A stretch of 64,000 nt of DNA, taken from Nitrospirota bacterium (GTDB taxonomy: Bacteria; Nitrospirota; UBA9217). The position numbers and the translations under genes were made by a program. Location: contig CAWBNQ010000008.1 of assembly GCA_963790205.1 (NCBI GenBank), positions 128,001 through 192,000 of the forward strand, written 5' to 3'. Under the pieces are notes generated by a model that ran no database searches, was not told where the DNA came from, and saw only the letters and a program-made list of their open reading frames with translations. Of the stretch, positions 30,869-41,526 are shown in pieces (within the stretch, counting starts at the first letter, position 1; each line of letters opens with the position of its first letter).

Positions 30869-31135
30869 ATGGACAATATGACGATCATCATCACCGCCTC
30901 GATCATCACCGCCGGCCTGACCATGGCCGCGGGCGGCTTCGGCCCGGCCCGGTCCCTGGGCGAGGCCCTTACCAAGGCCCTCGATTCCATCGCCCGTCAA
31001 CCCGAGGCGTCGGCCCAGATCATGCGCACGCTCATCGTCGGCATGGCGCTCATCGAGTCGATCGCGATCTACGCCTTCGTGATCGCCCTGATCATCCTGT
31101 TCGCGAACCCGCTCCTGGGGTATATGGTAAAATGA
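30869..31135 (+). CDS. atpE: N-ATPase c subunit
   Basis: IARQPEA loop, ALIESIAIY and FANP. Confidence 0.95.
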   Translation: MDNMTIIITASIITAGLTMAAGGFGPARSLGEALTKALDSIARQPEASAQIMRTLIVGMALIESIAIYAFVIALIILFANPLLGYMVK

Positions 31136-31872
31136 AATTCAACGTCTGGACCCTGATCTTTCAAATAATCAATTTCGTCGTCCTGCTCGTTATTCTCAGG
31201 CGGGTCCTCTATAAGCCCGTGCGCGAGATCATGGAGAAGCGGCGGGGGCTTGTCGAGCAGAAAATGCGTGAAGCCGGACAGGCGCGGAGCGAGGCGCAGG
31301 CCTTGAAGGACAGATACGAGGCCGAGATGACCGGCATGAAGGAGCGGAAGTCCCGGATGGTCGAAGAACTTCAGACGGAAGTAGATGAAGAACGAAAGAG
31401 ATTGATCAACAAGGCGCGGGAAGACGCGGACCGAATCGCCATGCGGGAGAAAGCACAATTGAGCGTGGAACAACGGACGATCGAGGCGGAGATCAAGGAA
31501 AAAGTACTCGACTCGGTCTCGGTTTTTTCATCGAACCTCTTGAGGGACGTTGCCGATGAAACGCTCCATAAGGCCGTATTCCGAACGTTTCTTGACGGGC
31601 TGGAGGGATTCGCCCGGGAGCTTGGAGAACTGAAAGAACAGCAGGCCCCTTTGATTGTCGAGATCGCCTCGGCCTATCCGCTGACCACCGGGGAGATCGA
31701 GAAGGTCAGGGAAGCTATCCAGGCGCATACCGTGCGAACGGTTACGGTCAATGCAGCGGTCGAGCCGTTGCTTATCGCGGGGGTGCGGATGAAAGCCGAA
31801 GACTGGGTGTTCGATGCCTCGCTGGCGGGACAGGTCAGTGCCTTGAAAGAGAAGCTCAAAGAGACCTCGTAA
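31132..31872 (+). CDS. atpF: N-ATPase b subunit with a delta-like C-terminal extension
   Basis: WTLIFQIINFVVL...LYKP, coiled coil, C-terminal LIAGVRM. Confidence 0.9.
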   Translation: MKFNVWTLIFQIINFVVLLVILRRVLYKPVREIMEKRRGLVEQKMREAGQARSEAQALKDRYEAEMTGMKERKSRMVEELQTEVDEERKRLINKAREDADRIAMREKAQLSVEQRTIEAEIKEKVLDSVSVFSSNLLRDVADETLHKAVFRTFLDGLEGFARELGELKEQQAPLIVEIASAYPLTTGEIEKVREAIQAHTVRTVTVNAAVEPLLIAGVRMKAEDWVFDASLAGQVSALKEKLKETS

Positions 31873-31873
31873 A

Positions 31874-33370
31874 ATGGAAAAAGAACTGACCCTTGTTTTG
31901 GAAAATATCCGACGGACCGTGGAGCAAACGGGTTTCTCGCCCGTGAGCTCGGAAGAGGGGACGGTCCTGTCCGCGGGGGACGGTATCGTCCACGCGGCCG
32001 GGCTCTCGGACGCGAGACTCTACGAGGTCATTGTGTTTGAAAACGGCGATGAGGGGATCGTATTCGATCTCGACACCTCCAGTATCGGGATTGTGCTGCT
32101 TTCGGGAAGCAACGGAATCAAGGCCGGGGACCGGGCGTACAAGACGGAGCGGATCGCCTCGGTCAATGCGGGGGCGGCACTCCTGGGGAACGTCGTGGAC
32201 GCCCTCGGCAGACCGATCGACGGTGGGCCGCTTTCGGGGCCGATGCAGGCCTATCCCGTGGAACGGGAGGCCCCGCCTTTGGTCATGAGGGACTTCGTGT
32301 CTGAGCCGCTTTTCACGGGGCTCAAAGTGATCGATGCCATGTTTCCCATCGGCAGGGGCCAGCGTGAGTTGATCATCGGCGACCCTTCGACGGGAAAGAC
32401 GGCCATCGCCCTCGACGCGATCATCAGCCAGAAGCACACCGACGTGATCTGCATCTATGCGGCCATCGGCCAGAAGAAGTCGCGCGTCCTGAAGGTGATC
32501 GAGGAAATAAAACGGTACGGCGACTTCTCGAAATGCATCTGTGTCGTTGCCGACGCCTCGGCCTCGCTGGGGCTTCAGTATATCGCTCCCTACGGCGCCA
32601 CCGCCCTGGCCGAGTATTTCATCGACCGGGGCAGGGACGTCCTCATCATCTATGACGACCTGACAAAGCACGCCGAGGCGTATCGCTCGCTCAGCCTTCT
32701 TTTGCGGCGGCCGCCCGGTCGGGAGGCGTATCCCGGAGACATCTTCTTCATCCATTCGCGGCTGCTCGAGCGCTCAGCAAAGCTCGGCCGCGAGTACGGC
32801 GGCGGTTCGATCACGGCGCTCCCGATCGTCGAGACCCAGCAAGGCAGGATCTCGTCGTACATCCCGACGAACCTGATCTCCATCACCGACGGGCAGATCT
32901 ATCTCGACACGCTTCTGTTCAACAAGGGGTTCCGGCCGGCGGTGAACGTCGGCAAATCGGTATCGAGGATCGGGGGCAAGGCGCAGGTCGAGGCGATGAA
33001 GGCCGTAGCGGAGAGGCTCAAGATCGACTATTCGCGGTTTATCGAGGTCGAGGTGTTCACGAAATTCGGGGCCCGCGTGGAAGAAGAGACGGCGCAGCTC
33101 ATCCGGCGCGGGGAGCGTCTGCGGGAAGTGCTGAAACAGCCGCGGTTCCGGCCCTGCACCCTCGACGAAGAAGTGCTGAGCTTTTTGATCGTGGAGTCGG
33201 GCGTCCTTGATACCGCGGACCTCGTTCCCGCGGAGACGCTCTGCCGGGGGCTGCTTTCCCGGATACGGCGCGAGCTCCCGGAACTCACGGAACGGATACG
33301 GCGCGAAGGCAGGCTGAGCGAACCCGACCTGGCCAGGGTGAAGGAATATATCGGGAAGGGAGGGACGTAG
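31874..33370 (+). CDS. atpA: N-ATPase alpha subunit
   Basis: GRGQRELIIGDPSTGKT, RPPGREAYPGD and ISITDGQI motifs. Confidence 0.96.
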   Translation: MEKELTLVLENIRRTVEQTGFSPVSSEEGTVLSAGDGIVHAAGLSDARLYEVIVFENGDEGIVFDLDTSSIGIVLLSGSNGIKAGDRAYKTERIASVNAGAALLGNVVDALGRPIDGGPLSGPMQAYPVEREAPPLVMRDFVSEPLFTGLKVIDAMFPIGRGQRELIIGDPSTGKTAIALDAIISQKHTDVICIYAAIGQKKSRVLKVIEEIKRYGDFSKCICVVADASASLGLQYIAPYGATALAEYFIDRGRDVLIIYDDLTKHAEAYRSLSLLLRRPPGREAYPGDIFFIHSRLLERSAKLGREYGGGSITALPIVETQQGRISSYIPTNLISITDGQIYLDTLLFNKGFRPAVNVGKSVSRIGGKAQVEAMKAVAERLKIDYSRFIEVEVFTKFGARVEEETAQLIRRGERLREVLKQPRFRPCTLDEEVLSFLIVESGVLDTADLVPAETLCRGLLSRIRRELPELTERIRREGRLSEPDLARVKEYIGKGGT

Positions 33371-33372
33371 CC

Positions 33373-34212
33373 GTGCGCTCTTCGTCGGATATCGAACGAA
33401 CGATCGGAAGCTTCCGCGCCATCGACGACATCGTCGGCGCCATGAAGGCCTACGCCGGAATGGCAATCCGGAAGACTGGGGAACTGGTGCAGAACGTCAG
33501 GGTCTACGAAAACAACGTGCTCCTCGCCATGGCGGATCTTTCGGCCCATGATCCCGGAATAACGCTGGAAATACCGACCCCGGGAAAGCGGATTGTCATG
33601 ACCTTCGGCTCTTCCCAGGGGCTCTGCGGCCCCTATAACGAAATGGTCGCCGATGCCGCGGCCGCCTTCGCACTTCCGGGTGACGCCCTCTTCGTCATCG
33701 GCAAGCGGCTCCAAGGTGTCTTCGAGGCCCGGCACATCGACTGCGTTGCGTACGAAGACACCGTGGGGAGCGTGAGCGGTATCGGGGAGGCGCTGAAAAA
33801 TACGGTGGAACGTCTCAAACTCGTGTACGCGCATGAAGAATACGACAGCATCACCCTTGTCTTCATGAGAATATCGGAAAAAAAACCGCAGGTCAACGTG
33901 GAACGGATCCTGCCCCCCGACCGGGAGCTGGTGCGTGCGCTCCGGCCAGTTTGCTTTCCGCCGCTGACCTATCTCGGACCTCGTGACGTCTTCGCGAGGG
34001 TTCTGGAGGAATTCCTTTTCATAAGTCTCTACCGGTGCTACCTCGAATCACTCAGGAGCGAAAACTGGTTCCGCCTGCGGAGCATGGAAGGGGCGACCGA
34101 AAGTCTGAAAAGGCGGCTGGCGGACCTAGGCTCGCTCCAGAAGTTCGCTCGACAGGAGGAGATTACGGAAGAGATGCTCGAGATACTCGGGAGCGGGGCA
34201 TTCTACCGGTGA
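33373..34212 (+). CDS. atpG: N-ATPase gamma subunit
   Basis: IVGAMKA, GLCGPYN, SEN..R..SM and RQEEITEEMLE motifs. Confidence 0.92.
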   Translation: MRSSSDIERTIGSFRAIDDIVGAMKAYAGMAIRKTGELVQNVRVYENNVLLAMADLSAHDPGITLEIPTPGKRIVMTFGSSQGLCGPYNEMVADAAAAFALPGDALFVIGKRLQGVFEARHIDCVAYEDTVGSVSGIGEALKNTVERLKLVYAHEEYDSITLVFMRISEKKPQVNVERILPPDRELVRALRPVCFPPLTYLGPRDVFARVLEEFLFISLYRCYLESLRSENWFRLRSMEGATESLKRRLADLGSLQKFARQEEITEEMLEILGSGAFYR

Positions 34213-34330
34213 GAAGAGACGGGCGGGTCAGTCCGAATGAGTCAACAGTGTTTGTATTTCATGAGGACGGCGATTATGATCGTTATGTGCCGGGCAGGTG
34301 AGCACCTTGTCTGATGAGCAAAAGACGCTT

Positions 34331-35158
34331 CCCATGAAGATGCCGTTTCGCTTTATCCTCCGGCTGATGCTGATTTTGATGGCCGCTACGGCCTTTGCCG
34401 GCAGTGGTGCGACGGGGGACGCGGCAGTGGCAATAAAAACCGGCTTGAGCAACGGGTCCTACACCGATACCGAGACGGGCATGGAATTCGTGCTCGTCAA
34501 AGGCGGCTGCTACCAGATGGGCGATACGTTCGGCGACGGCTATGCCAACGAAAAGCCCGTGCATGAGGTGTGTGTCGATGATTATTACATCGGCAAATTT
34601 AAAGTGACGCAGGGCCAGTGGAAAAAAGTGCGAGGTACTAATCCGTCGTATTTTATAAATTGCGGCGACGACTGTCCTGTGGAGAATGTAAGCTGGAACG
34701 ACGCGCAGGAGTTCATCCGCGTCCTGAACCGGCGCACCGGCAAGACCTATCGGCTGCTCACCGAGGCGGAGTGGGAATACGCGGCCCGGAGCAGAGGCAA
34801 ACGGGAGAGATGGGCAGGCACGAACAACGAAGCAGAGCTGGGCGATTATGCCTGGTACAGCGCCAACTCCGGCAATCAGACCCACCCTGTAGGCAGGAAG
34901 AAACCGAACGGGATCGGCATCTATGATATGAGCGGGAGTGTGTGGGAATGGGTTCAGGACAGGTACAGCAGCACGGCGTATTCTTCTCATAGCAGAAACA
35001 ATCCCTTATATATGGGGAGCGGTACCGGGCATGTATTTCGAGGCGGCAGCTGGTACTACAATCCGACGGGTGTCCGTGCCGCATTTCGCAATCGCCGCTC
35101 TCCGTCTAACATCATCAGGCATCATAATATCGGTTTCCGCCTTGCCATGACCCCGTAA
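34331..35158 (+). CDS. Formylglycine-generating enzyme (FGE-sulfatase/SUMF1) domain protein, exported; start uncertain
   Basis: GGCYQMG, PVENVSWNDA, RLLTEAEWEYAAR, GIYDMSGSVWEW, RGGSW and IGFR motifs. Confidence 0.88.
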   Translation, partial: PMKMPFRFILRLMLILMAATAFAGSGATGDAAVAIKTGLSNGSYTDTETGMEFVLVKGGCYQMGDTFGDGYANEKPVHEVCVDDYYIGKFKVTQGQWKKVRGTNPSYFINCGDDCPVENVSWNDAQEFIRVLNRRTGKTYRLLTEAEWEYAARSRGKRERWAGTNNEAELGDYAWYSANSGNQTHPVGRKKPNGIGIYDMSGSVWEWVQDRYSSTAYSSHSRNNPLYMGSGTGHVFRGGSWYYNPTGVRAAFRNRRSPSNIIRHHNIGFRLAMTP

Positions 35159-35180
35159 CATTATCGGGAGGAGACGCTCC

Positions 35181-36866
35181 ATGAACTCTCTAGGAAAATA
35201 TCTACGCAGCGTCGTCCGTTTTGTCACGATTTTAATTATACTGGCCAGACAGCTGTTTATTAATCTGCCCTACCGGTTCATATTCGTACCCAGGCCGAAG
35301 AGCAGAAAGGCGATCGGCAAATACCTGAAGACCAGAGGACCGAAGATCAGCGCGCCGGCCGTTGCGAAAGACACCCTTGAGATGCTCGGGCCTACCTATG
35401 TGAAATTCGGGCAATTCCTGAGCATCAGACCGGACTTGATTCCACCTGAGTTTTGCAACGAATTCAGGAAACTGCAGGACAAGGTCCCCCCGTTTTCCTA
35501 CGCGCACGTGAAAAAGGAACTCGAAAAAGAATTAAAACGGGACCACACCGAGGTCTTCAGCGAGTTCGACGAAACGCCGGTGGCAGCGGCCTCAGTGTCC
35601 CAGGTCCACCGCGCGCGGCTCCGGACGGGTGAAGAAGTGGCGGTGAAGGTCCAGCGCCCGGGGATACGGGAAGAGATGGAGGAAGATATCCTGATCATGC
35701 TGTTCTTCGCGATCCTCCTGGAGAAGTTCGTGCCCTCGCTCAGGAAGAACCAGCCTGTCATGCTCATCCATGAGTTCTCGCGATGGACCGACCGCGAGCT
35801 CGATTTCTGCCAGGAAGGGAAAAATGCGCTGCATTTCTTCTATTTCTTCAAGGACTATCCGCGGGTAAAAATCCCGAAGGTCTTCCTGGAGCACACGACC
35901 GAGAAAATCCTCGTCATGGAGTTCATCCACGGCGTCAATACGCTCGAGGCCCCTCCGGAGTCCATCGACAAGAAAGCAACGGCCCGCCTCATTGCGGAGT
36001 CCATGCTGAAACAGATATTTGTGGACGGGTTCTTTCATGGAGACCCTCATGCGGGGAACATCTTTCTCCTGGGGAAAAATGCCATCGCCTATCTTGATTT
36101 CGGGATCGTGGGTTATTTATCCGAGGACTTGAGGGCGTGGACGTTCGACATCCTCTACGGCATGTCGGAGGGAAACGTTGATAGGGTCATCGAGTCGTTC
36201 CTGGAACTCTGCAATGTCAGTGAAGAGGAAGTGAACGTCGCCGTCTATCGCCGCCAGATGAATGAAGTGCTTTCCGAATTGCACATTTGTGAAATGGCCG
36301 GGATCCCTTTTACGCACATGATGGAGCGGTTCCTGAACACGAGCCTCGAATACGGCATCGATATTCCGCATGATTTCGTGATGATGTCCAAGGCGATCGC
36401 CACGCTCGAAGGAACATGCATGTCGCTCGATCCGGAAATAAGGATCGTCGAGTATCTGAAGCCGTTCGTACAGAAATATATAACGACCGTCCCGGAATGG
36501 GACGACGTCATAAAACAGCTGAAGGCGGGTCCCTTTGAATTGGGCAAGCTGAGGCGGTTGATCGTCAAGCACGGCATGAGAGCGCTTCACCTCCTTGAAA
36601 GGCCCACCTTCCGGATCGAGGGAGGAGAATTCAGAAACATCGTGCGGGAGGTGGAGAAATCAAGCGTCAACGTCGCCTATGGACTTCTCATCGCCGCCCT
36701 GGTTGTATTCGCGGCCAGCGTCAGCAATGAAAGCGCATTCGAACAATGGCTGATGGGAGTATTCCATCTGCCCATCATGCCGATTCTTTCGATCGGCAGC
36801 CTGGTTGTCGCCGGCTATCTGTGGCTGCGGCTTTACCTGCGGAACCGGCCGGCAAAAAGAAGATAA
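35181..36866 (+). CDS. ABC1/UbiB-family atypical kinase
   Basis: LGPTYVKFGQ, AAASVSQVH, VAVKVQRP, FFHGDPHAGN and LDFG motifs; C-terminal TM segments. Confidence 0.92.
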   Translation: MNSLGKYLRSVVRFVTILIILARQLFINLPYRFIFVPRPKSRKAIGKYLKTRGPKISAPAVAKDTLEMLGPTYVKFGQFLSIRPDLIPPEFCNEFRKLQDKVPPFSYAHVKKELEKELKRDHTEVFSEFDETPVAAASVSQVHRARLRTGEEVAVKVQRPGIREEMEEDILIMLFFAILLEKFVPSLRKNQPVMLIHEFSRWTDRELDFCQEGKNALHFFYFFKDYPRVKIPKVFLEHTTEKILVMEFIHGVNTLEAPPESIDKKATARLIAESMLKQIFVDGFFHGDPHAGNIFLLGKNAIAYLDFGIVGYLSEDLRAWTFDILYGMSEGNVDRVIESFLELCNVSEEEVNVAVYRRQMNEVLSELHICEMAGIPFTHMMERFLNTSLEYGIDIPHDFVMMSKAIATLEGTCMSLDPEIRIVEYLKPFVQKYITTVPEWDDVIKQLKAGPFELGKLRRLIVKHGMRALHLLERPTFRIEGGEFRNIVREVEKSSVNVAYGLLIAALVVFAASVSNESAFEQWLMGVFHLPIMPILSIGSLVVAGYLWLRLYLRNRPAKRR

Positions 36867-36894
36867 ATTCCGCTTTTCATACATGGAGAGAAAC

Positions 36895-39498
36895 ATGAGC
36901 CAACGAACGGACGATTATGCTCAGCACACGATAGAGGAAACTCTCAAGTCTTTGCAGGCGAACGCTGAACGCGGCCTGAGTAACGGGGAGGCGGTCAAAC
37001 GCCTCGCGCAGTACGGCTACAACGAGATCAGGGAAAAGGAAGAGCCGCTCTGGCACCGTATCTTCCGGCGTTTCTGGGGGCCGATCCCCTGGATGATCGA
37101 GACCGCGGCCATCCTCTCGGCGATGGTCCAGAAGTGGGATGACTTCATCATCATTGCCGTCCTGCTTCTGGTGAACGCGGGCCTCGATTTTTTCCAGGAG
37201 CACCGCGCCCTGAACGCGCTCCGGGCTCTGAAGCAGCGCATGACCGCCGAGATCATCGTGCTGCGCGATGGGGAGTTCAAGACCATCCCCTCGCGGGAGC
37301 TGGTGTCCGGCGACATCGTCAAGCTGCGGATCGGAAACATCGTGCCCGCCGACGTGCAGCTGCTCAAGGGCGATTACCTCCTTATCGACCAGTCGGCCCT
37401 TACCGGCGAGTCCCTGCCGGTGAGCAAGAAGGCGAACGAGGTTGCCTATGCCAGCACCATCGTCAAGCAGGGCGAGATGCTGGCCGTGGTGGTGAACACC
37501 GGTGCGGACACCAACTTCCATACCGTCGTGGCCCTGGTGGCCAGTGCGTCGCTGGAGGAGCGCAGCCACTTCCAGAAGATGGTGATCAAGATCGGCGACT
37601 TCCTTATCATGATCACCGTGGTCCTGGTGGTGCTCATCGTCATGACGGCCCTGTTCCGCCATGAGCATTTCCTCGAGATCGCGCGCTTCGCCCTGGTCTT
37701 GACCGTGGCGTCCATTCCCGTGGCCCTGCCGGCGGTGCTGTCGGTCACCATGGCCGTGGGCGCCATGAACCTGGCGCGGCGCCAGGCCATCGTCTCGCGG
37801 CTTACCGCCATCGAGGAACTTGCCGGGGTGGACGTGTTCTGCTCGGACAAGACCGGCACGCTTACCAAAAACGAGATGCAGGTGGCCGAGCCGGTCGTGC
37901 TCGGTAAGCATACGGAGCAGGAACTCTTCCTGGTTGCGGCCCTGGCCTCCCGGCTGGAGAACCGCGATCCCATCGAACTTCCCCTATTCCATTATCTGAA
38001 GGAGCATTTTCCTGATGGGGACTGGAAGACCTACAGGCAGCTCGGTTTCACGCCCTTTGATCCCGTGCGCAAGCGCACGGAGGCCGAGATCGAAAAAGGA
38101 GGGGAGCGTTTTGTAGCAATGAAGGGAGCGGCGCAAGTCCTGCTCGGAATGACCCAACTCTCAGACGACCAAACGCATTCCGTCAATCAAACAGTGGACC
38201 AGCTTGCGGCCAAGGGGTATCGGACCCTGGCCGTGGGACGAAAAACGGGGGGCGCGCCCCTGGACCTGCTGGGGCTGATCCCGATGTACGATCCGCCGCG
38301 CGACGATTCCAAACAGGTCATCGCGGACATGCAGAATCATGGGGTCGAAGTAAAGATGGTCACCGGCGACAACATGGCCATCGCCCGGGAGATCGGCGGC
38401 ATCCTGGGACTGAAGCAGCGCACCATGCGTTCCGAACAGCTCTCCGGCTCCGGCAGCAGCGAGTTGTTATCTCTGGCGTCCGTTCTTTCGGCGGCAATTT
38501 ACCAGAGGCTCAAGCCGGAGGTCACGCGCAAGGAGGCGCAGCGCTTCGCCGGCGAAGTGATGGAGGCGGTCGCGGCACTGTACGATACCCGCCTGCTTGA
38601 GCGTGAGTTTCTCCACACCCACGAGTCGGCCATCGTCGGGATGATCGAAGCGGTGGACATCTTCGCCGAGGTCGTGCCGGAGGACAAGTACCGCATCGTG
38701 GACACGCTCCAGAAGGGCGGACACATCGTGGCCATGACCGGCGACGGGGTGAACGACGCGCCGGCGCTCAAGAAGGCCGACTGCGGCATCGCCGTGTCCA
38801 ACGCCACGGACGCGGCCCGGGCCGCGGCGGATATCATCCTGACCGCGCCGGGCCTGGGGGTCATCAACGAGGCGGTCAAACAGGCGCGCATCACCTTCGA
38901 GCGCATGAAGAGCTACTCCATCTTCCGCATCGCCGAGACGATCCGCATAATCCTGTTCATGACGCTTTCCATCGTGGTGTTCAATTTCTATCCCATCACG
39001 GCGCTCATGATCATCCTCCTGGCCCTCTTGAACGACATCCCTATCCTGGCCATCGCCTACGACAACACGAAGGTGGATGTCAAACCGGTGCGCTGGAACA
39101 TGCCTGAGATGCTCACGGTTTCGAGCGTGCTGGGAATCGCCGGCGTGTTCGCTTCGTTTCTCCTGTTTTTCCTGCTCAAGGAATACGGCTTTGCTGAGGA
39201 CGTGATCCGGAGCATGCTGTTCCTCAAGCTGATCGTGGCCGGCCACAGCACCCTCTACATCACGCGCACCGACGGCTGGTTCTGGCAGCGGCCCTGGCCC
39301 GCGCCTCTCCTCTTCGGCGCGACCTTCGGCACGGAGATCATCGGGACCCTGATCGCGGTGTACGGTTTTCTGATCACGCCCGTGGGCTGGAAGTACGCGC
39401 TCTGGATGTGGGCCTATGCGCTCGTGTGGTTCGTGTTCAACAACGTCGTAAAGATAGGGGCCTATCGGTTGATGCGGAGGCGGGAAGTGATCGGCTAG
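36895..39498 (+). CDS. P3A-type (plasma-membrane H+-efflux) P-type ATPase
   Basis: FWGPIPWMIE, LTGES, IPVALPAV, CSDKTGTLT, DPPRDD, TGDGVNDAPALKKAD, YSIFRI and LLNDIP motifs. Confidence 0.92.
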   Translation: MSQRTDDYAQHTIEETLKSLQANAERGLSNGEAVKRLAQYGYNEIREKEEPLWHRIFRRFWGPIPWMIETAAILSAMVQKWDDFIIIAVLLLVNAGLDFFQEHRALNALRALKQRMTAEIIVLRDGEFKTIPSRELVSGDIVKLRIGNIVPADVQLLKGDYLLIDQSALTGESLPVSKKANEVAYASTIVKQGEMLAVVVNTGADTNFHTVVALVASASLEERSHFQKMVIKIGDFLIMITVVLVVLIVMTALFRHEHFLEIARFALVLTVASIPVALPAVLSVTMAVGAMNLARRQAIVSRLTAIEELAGVDVFCSDKTGTLTKNEMQVAEPVVLGKHTEQELFLVAALASRLENRDPIELPLFHYLKEHFPDGDWKTYRQLGFTPFDPVRKRTEAEIEKGGERFVAMKGAAQVLLGMTQLSDDQTHSVNQTVDQLAAKGYRTLAVGRKTGGAPLDLLGLIPMYDPPRDDSKQVIADMQNHGVEVKMVTGDNMAIAREIGGILGLKQRTMRSEQLSGSGSSELLSLASVLSAAIYQRLKPEVTRKEAQRFAGEVMEAVAALYDTRLLEREFLHTHESAIVGMIEAVDIFAEVVPEDKYRIVDTLQKGGHIVAMTGDGVNDAPALKKADCGIAVSNATDAARAAADIILTAPGLGVINEAVKQARITFERMKSYSIFRIAETIRIILFMTLSIVVFNFYPITALMIILLALLNDIPILAIAYDNTKVDVKPVRWNMPEMLTVSSVLGIAGVFASFLLFFLLKEYGFAEDVIRSMLFLKLIVAGHSTLYITRTDGWFWQRPWPAPLLFGATFGTEIIGTLIAVYGFLITPVGWKYALWMWAYALVWFVFNNVVKIGAYRLMRRREVIG

Positions 39499-39594
39499 TT
39501 CATTGTCAAGGGGTGCGACTCGAGCTGCTCGATCGTGGCTTAACGAGCGTGATCATTTGGACAGCATTTACGCTCTTTCTGTTTTGAGGAGGAT

Positions 39595-41400
39595 ATGATA
39601 AAGACGGCGTTCGACATTATGAGAAAACCAATGAAAAGGGCGGGGTTTCTGATCCTTGCTACGCTCACCGGACTGATCGCCGGACTAGGCGCCGTCGTTT
39701 TCCGCGCGCTCATCGCGTTCGTACACAACGGACTCTTTTACGGCAGGTTCTCGACCGTCTATGACGCGAACCTGCACACTGCTCCCAGTACCTGGGGTCC
39801 CTTCGTTATTCTGGTGCCGGTGCTCGGCTCATTGGGCGTGACCTTCCTCGTCACCCGGTTTGCTCCGGAAGCGAAGGGCCACGGCGTGCCCGAGGTGATG
39901 GACGCCGTGTACTACGGCAAGGGCGTAGTGCGTCCCGTCGTTGCCGTGTTCAAGTCCCTTGCCTCGGCTCTTTCCATCGGCAGCGGCGGGTCCGTGGGAA
40001 GGGAGGGGCCGATCGCTCAGATCGGCTCGGCCTTCGGGTCCACTTTGGGCCGGATCTTCACCATGACCACGAAGCAGCGCATCACGCTGATAGCCGCCGG
40101 CGCGGGCGGGGGTATCGCCGCGACCTTCAACACGCCCATCGGCGGCATCCTATTCGCGGTCGAGCTGCTGCTGCACGAAGTGAGCGTGGCTACGTTGGTG
40201 CCTGTTGCGGTCACCACGGTCACGGCAACGTACGTAGGTCAGCTTTTCTTCGGCGTCCATCCGTCCTTCGTCATCCCTGCGCTGCAGCAGCCTTACTTCC
40301 ATCCGCTCAACCCTTGGCTCCTCGGCCCCTATGCCGCGCTCGGCGTGGTCATGGGCCTGGCGTCCACAATATATATCCATTCGCTCTACGTGGCCGAGGA
40401 CTTTTTCGAGAAACGCACTGTGAAAAATCCCTATCTGCAACACGGAATGGGCATGCTGGCCGTGGGAGGGCTGATGTACGTCCTGATGACCACGACCGGC
40501 AATTATTATGTCGACGGCGTCGGCTACTCGACGATCCAGGACATCCTGACAGGGAAAATGAATGCTGTACCTATTCTCGTGCTGCTGTTCTTTCTGAAGC
40601 TCCTGGCGACCGCCCTCACCCTGGGTTCGGGGGGCTCGGGCGGGATCTTCTCGCCGTCACTGTTCCTGGGCGCAACCGCCGGAGGCGCCTTCGGGATCGT
40701 TCTCCAGCATGTGTTTCCGCATACGCCGGTAAGCCCGACAGCCTTTGCCGTGGCGGGCATGGCAGGAATGGTGGGCGGCGCCACGGGCGCGGCCATGACG
40801 GCGATCGTCATGATTTTCGAGATGACCCTGGATTACAGCGTCATCCTGCCGATGACGATGACCGTAGTGCTGAGTTACGGCACCCGCACACTGCTCACGA
40901 GGGAAAGCATCTATACGATGAAACTCGCCCGTCGGGAGCACTATATTCCCGCGGCCCTTCAGGCGAACCTGCTGCATGTCAGGCGTGCACGGGACATTAT
41001 GGAGAAGCCCGTCGTGACAATATCATCATCGGACAGTCTGGATGTTCTTGCCAGCCGCTCTGTTGAGCATCAGCATGTACGGTGGTTCCTCGTGGTTGAT
41101 GGCGGTCATATCGCCGGTGTTGCGCCGAGGGATTATGCGCTGTCTGCCTCTGAGACCGAGCGCAGGGGCTGGCACTCCGTGGCTGACGTGATGCGGCGCG
41201 ACTTTATTCTTGCCCGCGAGAAAGAGACGATGGACAGCATCGTTGCACGCATGCACCGGCCGCACGCCGCGGTGGCAATCGTGCTTAGATATCCGAGCTC
41301 CCCGCCATCGGCCGTCGACGTTAGGGGTATTATCACCTGGGAGCGTGTCGCAGAACTGCTGGAGGAGAATGTTGATCTGTTTTCGGAAGCTCGGGAATAG
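39595..41400 (+). CDS. CLC-family anion transporter with CBS domains
   Basis: GHGVPE, GREGP, FNTPIGG, GIFSP and IYT motifs; C-terminal CBS pair. Confidence 0.93.
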   Translation: MIKTAFDIMRKPMKRAGFLILATLTGLIAGLGAVVFRALIAFVHNGLFYGRFSTVYDANLHTAPSTWGPFVILVPVLGSLGVTFLVTRFAPEAKGHGVPEVMDAVYYGKGVVRPVVAVFKSLASALSIGSGGSVGREGPIAQIGSAFGSTLGRIFTMTTKQRITLIAAGAGGGIAATFNTPIGGILFAVELLLHEVSVATLVPVAVTTVTATYVGQLFFGVHPSFVIPALQQPYFHPLNPWLLGPYAALGVVMGLASTIYIHSLYVAEDFFEKRTVKNPYLQHGMGMLAVGGLMYVLMTTTGNYYVDGVGYSTIQDILTGKMNAVPILVLLFFLKLLATALTLGSGGSGGIFSPSLFLGATAGGAFGIVLQHVFPHTPVSPTAFAVAGMAGMVGGATGAAMTAIVMIFEMTLDYSVILPMTMTVVLSYGTRTLLTRESIYTMKLARREHYIPAALQANLLHVRRARDIMEKPVVTISSSDSLDVLASRSVEHQHVRWFLVVDGGHIAGVAPRDYALSASETERRGWHSVADVMRRDFILAREKETMDSIVARMHRPHAAVAIVLRYPSSPPSAVDVRGIITWERVAELLEENVDLFSEARE

Positions 41401-41526
41401 TATCTTCCGCTCCTTTCACCGAAGGGTGATGACCGTACCTGCGGGATTCCGCCCCCCAGAAACTGATAGAAAATGGCCAACGACGCAGCCTTGTGAAACT
41501 GCAACTCCTGCGCGTCGTTTTCGCTG

